From the NCBI GenBank assembly GCA_963555985.3, contig OY820591.1, positions 1,984,001 to 2,048,000 on the forward strand: DNA of 64,000 bases, in the 5' to 3' direction. Below the pieces are notes generated by a model. That model was not told the DNA's origin and searched no databases. It saw only the letters and a list, made by a program, of their open reading frames with translations. Below, piece after piece: positions 58,131 through 64,000 of the stretch (its first letter is position 1; each line of letters starts with the position of its first letter). Origin of the DNA: Dehalococcoidia bacterium (lineage in GTDB: Bacteria; Chloroflexota; Dehalococcoidia; Bin125). Made by a program: the position numbers and the translations under genes.

Positions 58131-59297
58131 TCATCTTAGCAATTCCAGCTCGCTGAGCACCTCTGCCTGATGCTCTCCGAGCCTCGGGGCCGGGCGAGTC
58201 GGCACCGAGACCGGCGTCCCCTCGAAGTCCCAGGGTGGGGCGATCTGGCGGCTGATTGAGCCGTCGGATTCTTGGACTTCGACGATTGCTCCGACAGCTG
58301 CGACCTGCGGATCGTTGCTGAGGCGCTCGTAGTCGTGCATGGGGAAGGCCCAGCCGCCCCAGCGTTCGACGATCTCAATTACGTGCTCGGCGTCGTGATT
58401 GGCGAAGCCGCGCTCCCAGAGCGGGTTCAGTTCGGCGGCGTAGCGGCCGGCGCCGCCGGCGCCGTCGGTGCGGAGCTTGTCGTAGTCGGGGTGCTCGCGG
58501 GCCCAGTCCATACCGAGTTCGTTGATGAGACCGTCAAAGGCGTCGCCGCGCATTCGGGCAAGGGAGAAGTAGATCGGCAGATCGCGGCACTGGTAGCCGT
58601 GGTCCGGGGGTTTGACGTAGCTGTCGAGGTGGAAGCCCCACCACTCGTCGGGGTTGGAGAGGGCGACCCACATCGTGGAGCGCATCGCGATCAGGCTGCC
58701 GAACAGTGAGACCTCGACTCGCTGGCCGCCGGTTGGATGAGCTAGATCACTGTCATCGCGCGCATAGAGCGCGGCGCAGATGGCCTGGATTGCGTGGTTT
58801 GCGGCGAAGACGGAGCCGATGTCGCTGCCGTGGCGGACCGGCGGCTCGCCGATGCGTCCGAGCGACGCGGTGGCTTCGCTCGCCATTTGGGTCGCGAGTT
58901 CCGAGGCGGGGCGGTCGGCCCATGGTCCTTGCGGTCCGAAGCCTGAGACGGCGCAGTAGACCAGTCCCGGAGCATCGAGTCGCTCCCAACGAAGCTCGGT
59001 GGGCAAGCCGTGCTTGTCCACTACAGCGACATCGGCCTGGGTCAGCAGGCTCCGCGCGGTTTGCACGTCTTCGTCGGCAGACCAATCCAGGACGATCCCG
59101 CGCTTGTTGCGGTTGAGGGCGCGGAAGAGCGCAGAGTCTTCGCCGGCGGATGGGGCCCAACCGCGCGAACGATCTCCGCGTGGCGGTTCAATCTTGATCA
59201 CGTCGGCGCCGGCGTCTGCGAGCGACATGGCGGTGTAGGGGCCGGCGACGCCTTCGGCGATTTCGACGACGCGGTAGCCGTGCAGAGGGCCGGGCAC
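58131..59297 (-). CDS. CaiB/BaiF CoA-transferase, degenerate and possibly non-catalytic
   Basis: GADVIKIEPPRGD, NRNKRG, SGFG; lacks ENFRPG and has Ser at the apparent catalytic Asp position. Confidence 0.85.
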   Translation of the reverse strand: MPGPLHGYRVVEIAEGVAGPYTAMSLADAGADVIKIEPPRGDRSRGWAPSAGEDSALFRALNRNKRGIVLDWSADEDVQTARSLLTQADVAVVDKHGLPTELRWERLDAPGLVYCAVSGFGPQGPWADRPASELATQMASEATASLGRIGEPPVRHGSDIGSVFAANHAIQAICAALYARDDSDLAHPTGGQRVEVSLFGSLIAMRSTMWVALSNPDEWWGFHLDSYVKPPDHGYQCRDLPIYFSLARMRGDAFDGLINELGMDWAREHPDYDKLRTDGAGGAGRYAAELNPLWERGFANHDAEHVIEIVERWGGWAFPMHDYERLSNDPQVAAVGAIVEVQESDGSISRQIAPPWDFEGTPVSVPTRPAPRLGEHQAEVLSELELLR

Positions 59298-59299
59298 GG

Positions 59300-60517
59300 C
59301 TAGTCTCCGAGCGCTTCGGTGAGTTCGGGGGCGGGTTCGCGCCGGGCGGCTAATTCGTCCAGGATCTCTCCGGTGTGCTCGCCCGGCAGACAGGCCCCAA
59401 ACCAGCGGGCCGGGGTGCGGGACAGCTGCCAGGGGGCGCCTCCGGTCCAGACTTTGCCCCAGCCCGAGGTCTCTACTTCGCGCAGGTAGCCGTTCTCGAT
59501 GGCCTGGGCGTGATGCTGCAAGGTCTCGAAGGAGATCGGGTAGCCGCAGGGCACTTCCGCTGCGCTCAGCCGCAGCATCCAGTAGTGGCGAGGACGCTGC
59601 TCGAACGCGGCTTGGAGTAACGCCGCTAGCTCACTTCGGCGAGCCACGCGGTCTCGGTTGGTGCGCCAGCGTGGATCTTTCGCCAGTTCGTTGATGCTTT
59701 CGACCTCCGCCTCGGACTTTCGCATTGTTTCGGCGAAGCGCTGCCACTCGTCTTCGCTGGTGACGGAGACTCCGATCCAGTCACCCCACTGGCACTGGAA
59801 TGCCTGATCGGGGGCAGCCGCGAACGCGGCCGATCCGAGGGGCCGGTGCAGATTGCCGGTGCTCAGGTATTCGGCGATGCGTCCGCTCTGGAGGGCCATG
59901 CCGGCTCGGAGCATTCCGACGTGGATGCGCTGACCCTGGCCGGTGCGCTTGCGGGCTAGCAGCCCCATCAGGATCGCCTGGGCGGCGACATTGCCGGTGG
60001 TGGCGTCGATCTGGGCCATGTGGCGGTAGACCTCGGGGCGACCGCCTTCGGCTCCGCTGAGCGACCAGAAGCCGGTGAAGTATTGGGCCTGCACATCGGC
60101 ACCGGGGCGGTCGCGCATGGGCCCGACTTCGCCCCAGCCGGTGATGGCGGTGTAGATGATGTCGGGATTGATCGCGGCGACCTGCTCGTAGGCGACGCCC
60201 ATGCGCTCGGCGGCGCCCGGGCGCATGTTGATGAGGAAGACGTCGCAGGTTTGGAGGAGCTCGTACGCGGTTGCGCGATCGGCGGGGGACTTGAGGTCGA
60301 GGAAGAGGCCGCGTTTGTTCTGGTTCCAGGTCATGTAGCCGATCGAGGTGCCGTTGATCGAGGGCGGGACGCCTGCGCCGAGGGTGCGCGGGTCGACTCC
60401 GGGCTGCTCGATGTGGATGACATCGGCGCCGAGCGCGCCGAGCTGGGTGGAGGCCCAGGGGCCGACCATCCAGAGCGTCAGATCGAAGACTCGCACTCCG
60501 TCAAGTGGTCCGGGCAT
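59300..60517 (-). CDS. CaiB/BaiF CoA-transferase
   Basis: LGADVIHIE, NQNKRG, NMRPG, QIDATTG. Confidence 0.9.
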   Translation of the reverse strand: MPGPLDGVRVFDLTLWMVGPWASTQLGALGADVIHIEQPGVDPRTLGAGVPPSINGTSIGYMTWNQNKRGLFLDLKSPADRATAYELLQTCDVFLINMRPGAAERMGVAYEQVAAINPDIIYTAITGWGEVGPMRDRPGADVQAQYFTGFWSLSGAEGGRPEVYRHMAQIDATTGNVAAQAILMGLLARKRTGQGQRIHVGMLRAGMALQSGRIAEYLSTGNLHRPLGSAAFAAAPDQAFQCQWGDWIGVSVTSEDEWQRFAETMRKSEAEVESINELAKDPRWRTNRDRVARRSELAALLQAAFEQRPRHYWMLRLSAAEVPCGYPISFETLQHHAQAIENGYLREVETSGWGKVWTGGAPWQLSRTPARWFGACLPGEHTGEILDELAARREPAPELTEALGD

Positions 60518-60575
60518 GTCGGCCTCCTGTCAGGGGCATGATAGTCGGCGCCTAGACTGAGGCTCGGAGGCGGCG

Positions 60576-61064
60576 ATGGCGGACACGGGGGACCGGGCGG
60601 GCGTGTTCTACGAGATCGTGCGTTGGCGTCTGGACGAACAGTCCGCTCATCGGGCGGCGCTCAACGCGCGGCTGGCGACCTTTTTCGCGACTGCTACGGC
60701 AGTGCTGGCACTCTTCGCGGCGCTGATCCAATGGGGTCCCGGCGAGCTCGAGTTGCCAGGGGCGTCGGCCGGTCTGTTGATTGCGGCGATCGCAGTTTAC
60801 GCGAGCATGATCGGGGTGTCGCTGGCAGCGTACAGCGACCGCAGCTGGAATTTCGGCCCTGATTTGCGTCGGCTCCAGCAGATACAACAGCAGGTGGAAC
60901 AAGAAGCATTGCAGGGCTGGATTACGGCGCAGATGCTTGATGCGGTCGAGGAGAATAACGAGCGGCTGAGCAATAAGGCTTCACTGGTCTGGCTTGCGGT
61001 GGTGCTCAGGGGGTTGGATGTGCTTTTGCTGGCTTCAGCCGCGCTTGTCGCGACGCTTGTCTAA
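60576..61064 (+). CDS. 3-TM membrane protein, paralogue of 57391..57987
   Basis: GGAGG RBS; RLDEQ..LNAR, AYSDRSWNFGPDL, NNERLSNKA. Confidence 0.7.
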   Translation: MADTGDRAGVFYEIVRWRLDEQSAHRAALNARLATFFATATAVLALFAALIQWGPGELELPGASAGLLIAAIAVYASMIGVSLAAYSDRSWNFGPDLRRLQQIQQQVEQEALQGWITAQMLDAVEENNERLSNKASLVWLAVVLRGLDVLLLASAALVATLV

Positions 61065-61220
61065 GACCCGGTTCCAGAACTGCTTCCACATCGGGGCTTC
61101 CCAGATCGGAATCAATCCTCGGTTCACTCGCGCTTGGTCGGTGTGGCTGGAAGCAGGCAAAGCGGAACACGGTTGGGACGCCGACGACGAATCGCGACTC
61201 GCGCCTGTGGACTGAGCCAT
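61035..61220 (-). CDS. 61-aa small peptide
   Basis: Strong AAGGAG RBS 6 nt before ATG 61220; Ser-rich N-terminus, Trp-containing and basic C-terminus. Confidence 0.5.
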   Translation of the reverse strand: MAQSTGASRDSSSASQPCSALPASSHTDQARVNRGLIPIWEAPMWKQFWNRVLDKRRDKRG

Positions 61221-61347
61221 GCTGATCTCCTTATCGGCTCGAGCGGTCAGATTCCTTTAGGCGGCTAGGCTGCGTCGCCTTGCGCCCCCACGGCTTGCGG
61301 AGTCAGTCTACCTATCCCGCACCGCGCTCACATCAGCCGTCCGGCGG

Positions 61348-61665
61348 CTAGCCGCCGCCGCGTTGGGCTTTGAGCATGAAGCGGTCGAAGATGTGGTCGA
61401 GGCGCTGCTCGCTGGCTGCGCTGAGGACGAAGTGGTGCTCTTCGATTTGGGTGCTGAGGAGGGGGTGGAAGCGGCGGCGTTCGGTTCGCCAGGCGACTTG
61501 CCAATCAGGGGCGGACATGGCTCCTTCGGGCGGGGTGAGGGCGTCGGGGTCGGTTGGGCCGGGGGGCGGGATGTCGGAGTCGGTTGCGCCCAATTGCTCC
61601 AGGTACTGCTTGAGCAGCCAGATGGGGACGCCGCGGAGGGTGAACTGTCGCACTGCTTGCGCCAT
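61348..61665 (-). CDS. Small protein resembling DUF1952
   Basis: AAGGAG RBS; LRGVPIWLLKQYLEQLG...KAQRGGG. Confidence 0.6.
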   Translation of the reverse strand: MAQAVRQFTLRGVPIWLLKQYLEQLGATDSDIPPPGPTDPDALTPPEGAMSAPDWQVAWRTERRRFHPLLSTQIEEHHFVLSAASEQRLDHIFDRFMLKAQRGGG

Positions 61666-61828
61666 CCGACTCCTTCTTCCTTCTGGATCCGAATCGAGGA
61701 CTCATCATCGGGTATCAGGGCTACAGACGCCAACCCGGCGCTCAGTGGGAACATCAGCAGGTATCCAGGCAGCAAGTCTCAACGCTCAAGCTGTCCGGCA
61801 TCGCGCCTCAGGCCTCGGGGGCAACTGA

Positions 61829-63424
61829 TCATTTCTCAGTCGCAGTTCTCATTCCAAACACGGCGAGCCTTGTGCGCAGATCTTGCACACATGCCTGGGG
61901 ATCTCGATCTCCGAAAATAGTGAAGCGGAATAGTACATTCTTGATTCCGTAACGTCCAAGCCACTCGCTCTCCGCAACCTGATCGACCTCAGCGGAAAGC
62001 AGGGCATCGTTGATCCGCATCAGGGTCGAGCAGATGTCCTCGACATCCAAGTCTCCATCGATGATCGCACTGATGTCTCGCCGATGGTGTTCGAGATGGT
62101 CGGCGCGCCACTTTCTTGTTTCGTCAGGCGTATAGAGCCGTTGGATCTTCCAGCGCTCGATGGGGATCTTCTTCTTGCGAGCGCTTTTGCCAAATTTCTT
62201 CAGCGCGATCTTTGATTCGTCATCGTAGGCGAGATAGTACTTGCCATTCTCAGCGATCGTCTGCCGCTCGATGATTTCAACTCGCTGCCGATCCACTGCG
62301 GCGACGATTCCAACATGCAAATGAATGTCGCTGGACGAGAACGGATTGCTCGTCTCGACAATAGTCAACTCACCTGACTGCTTTCTCTGGAGCAGGTCAT
62401 GGTAGCCTTGCTGGACACTATCGGTCAGAACAACTGAGTTCGCGTACGCGCGGACGATGTCACTGCCTTTGAAGGGATCGACGATTTCTTTGATGGCGAC
62501 TTGGATCTCTTCATCTCCCTGCGTAAATCGTTCGGCCAGCTCGCGGGCCATCTCAGCAAACAGACGTCTCAGTTCATCCGAGCCTTCCTGTCCCTGGATC
62601 TGGGCGTAGACACGCGGATTGCTGCCGATGATGCGTGAGGTAAAGGCCGTCAGGACGCTGTACGGGGGCGTGGCAAGGCGAAACGATTCGGTGAGGGTAT
62701 CTCCTGAAGTGAAGGCTCTCGCCAAGGTTTTGCCGAACACCAGATAGGCGTAATGCGTAAGGGTCTGTACCAGCAGCATGTAGCGGTCATGTTTCTCGGC
62801 GGAGATTTCCTCGGGAATAGCGCCGCGTGATCGGAGCAGAGCGGTCAGCCAGTCGTACTCGTGGCTCGCACGCTGGGTGGGGATCATGGCGAAGGTCTGG
62901 CCGACCACATCCTGCACAGCCGGACCGAAGAGTGGGTGCGTGCCAAATACTTCAACTCCTTCAGGCGCATGTTTGAGCATGGCAGCGATCGCGCGCCTCT
63001 TCGTGGAAACGACATCGAAGACCGCCGCGCCGTTTCCGAGTTGGGGCAGGATCGAAGAAGCAGCGTGTTCAATCTGATTTTCCGGTACCGCCAACATCAC
63101 CAGATTGTAGTCGCCAAGATCCAGCTGTCGCGCAGGTGCAGAAGCGGCGGTCTCGACAGCAGCCCATTCAGCAACGTCAGATCCATTCTCAAGCCGGACA
63201 GCATCGATCGGTTTGTTGATTTGTTCTAGCTCTGCTATGTGCCTCGCTCCTGGGTTGCACTCGTCCGAGAGGGCAGATGCATGTAGCGGCTTGATATCCG
63301 CCAGTGTTATCCGTCCGATCTCCGGCGTGTCAGCAAAGAAGCGCTTGGCGAGCCAGATGCCGATGCCATCAGCGCCGCCTACGATGAGGAGGTTCTTGGA
63401 GGTTGCTGAGCCTAGTTGTTTCAC
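61829..63424 (-). CDS. tyrA: Prephenate dehydrogenase with a long C-terminal extension
   Basis: IVGGADGIG, DVVSTK, GTHPLFGP, HDRYM..VQ.LTH. Confidence 0.8.
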   Translation of the reverse strand: MKQLGSATSKNLLIVGGADGIGIWLAKRFFADTPEIGRITLADIKPLHASALSDECNPGARHIAELEQINKPIDAVRLENGSDVAEWAAVETAASAPARQLDLGDYNLVMLAVPENQIEHAASSILPQLGNGAAVFDVVSTKRRAIAAMLKHAPEGVEVFGTHPLFGPAVQDVVGQTFAMIPTQRASHEYDWLTALLRSRGAIPEEISAEKHDRYMLLVQTLTHYAYLVFGKTLARAFTSGDTLTESFRLATPPYSVLTAFTSRIIGSNPRVYAQIQGQEGSDELRRLFAEMARELAERFTQGDEEIQVAIKEIVDPFKGSDIVRAYANSVVLTDSVQQGYHDLLQRKQSGELTIVETSNPFSSSDIHLHVGIVAAVDRQRVEIIERQTIAENGKYYLAYDDESKIALKKFGKSARKKKIPIERWKIQRLYTPDETRKWRADHLEHHRRDISAIIDGDLDVEDICSTLMRINDALLSAEVDQVAESEWLGRYGIKNVLFRFTIFGDRDPQACVQDLRTRLAVFGMRTATEK

Positions 63425-63458
63425 AGAGCCGCCTCTCGCGTTATGCCAGGGAAAGCGT

Positions 63459-63534
63459 TGGTGCCTAGGGTCAGAATCGAACTGACGACCTCAGCGTTTT
63501 CAGCGCAGCGCTCTACCGACTGAGCTACCTAGGC
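63459..63534 (-). tRNA. tRNA-Phe (GAA)
   Basis: GCCTAGG acceptor stem, D loop, anticodon loop CTGAAAA, GTTCGA T loop, encoded CCA; 76 nt. Confidence 0.95.
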
Positions 63535-63728
63535 GCGTACCATCAGACGTACTCAGACAGAGCGGATTTGGCAACTGGAGTCGCAATGGGAAGTGAGTCT
63601 CAGTTTACATTCAGCGGATGAGATCGCAGCGATTCGCTCTGCGAACGACTTGCCAGTCGGGGGCGGATACGGCTGCGTCGGGCGGGGTGAGGGCGGCGAG
63701 CGTGGTTGCCGCCACGTAAGCTCAGGCT

Positions 63729-64000
63729 ATGGCACGGATTTTGATCCTGGGGGCGAGCGGGTACATCGGCGGGCACCTCGCGCCGCTGCTGGCGCAGCGG
63801 GGGCATCGGGTGCGGGCGGCGGCGCGGCGAGTGGAGAGTCTGGCGGCGCGGGGTTGGGCGAATGTGGAGATTTGCGGCGTGGACGCGCTGGCGCGGGAGT
63901 CGCTTGACGACGCGCTGCGGGAGATCGATGTCGTCTATTACCTGATCCACTCGATGGCGGCGGGGACGAATTTCGCCGAGCTCGATCGGCGCGCGGCGAT
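63729..64000 (+). CDS. NAD(P)-binding SDR/NmrA-like oxidoreductase, truncated by the window edge
   Basis: MARILILGASGYIGGHL...VVYYLIHSM. Confidence 0.85.
   Translation, partial: MARILILGASGYIGGHLAPLLAQRGHRVRAAARRVESLAARGWANVEICGVDALARESLDDALREIDVVYYLIHSMAAGTNFAELDRRAA

Noticed and set aside
63459-63480. tRNA-Phe 3' end as the att site of an integrated island
   Set aside because: No duplicate of the tRNA 3' end and no integrase were found by eye in the window

Overview
High-GC bacterial chromosomal window. The gene content (three Uma2 paralogues, several CaiB/BaiF CoA-transferases, an F420-type nitroreductase, a peptidase MA protein, a LutB-LutA fusion) suggests a Chloroflexota/Dehalococcoidia-like organism; this is an inference and no search was run. 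Housekeeping genes: a second-copy fusA, recJ, fabF, nnr, acpS, folD, prfB with its programmed +1 frameshift, hisN, selD with an in-frame Sec UGA, tyrA and tRNA-Phe. These are interleaved with acyl-CoA catabolic genes and many defence/TA modules: two type IIG-like restriction-modification genes with low-GC specificity regions, a hicB/hicA cluster, PIN and BrnT-like TA pairs and a HEPN protein. Two families of REP-like palindromes fill the intergenic spaces. No CRISPR array, integrase or complete prophage was seen. The most unusual items are: (1) two paralogous 3-TM membrane genes, each overlapped tail-to-tail by a small peptide ORF with its own RBS; (2) an intact orphan terminase large subunit cassette bracketed by palindromes; (3) a CarH-type B12 photosensor fused to a C-terminal XRE HTH, divergent from a recently duplicated fasciclin; (4) a 6-repeat exported protein with co-varying cysteines; (5) a kb-scale patchwork of G+T versus C+A strand skew that ignores gene direction. 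All composition statements were made by eye.
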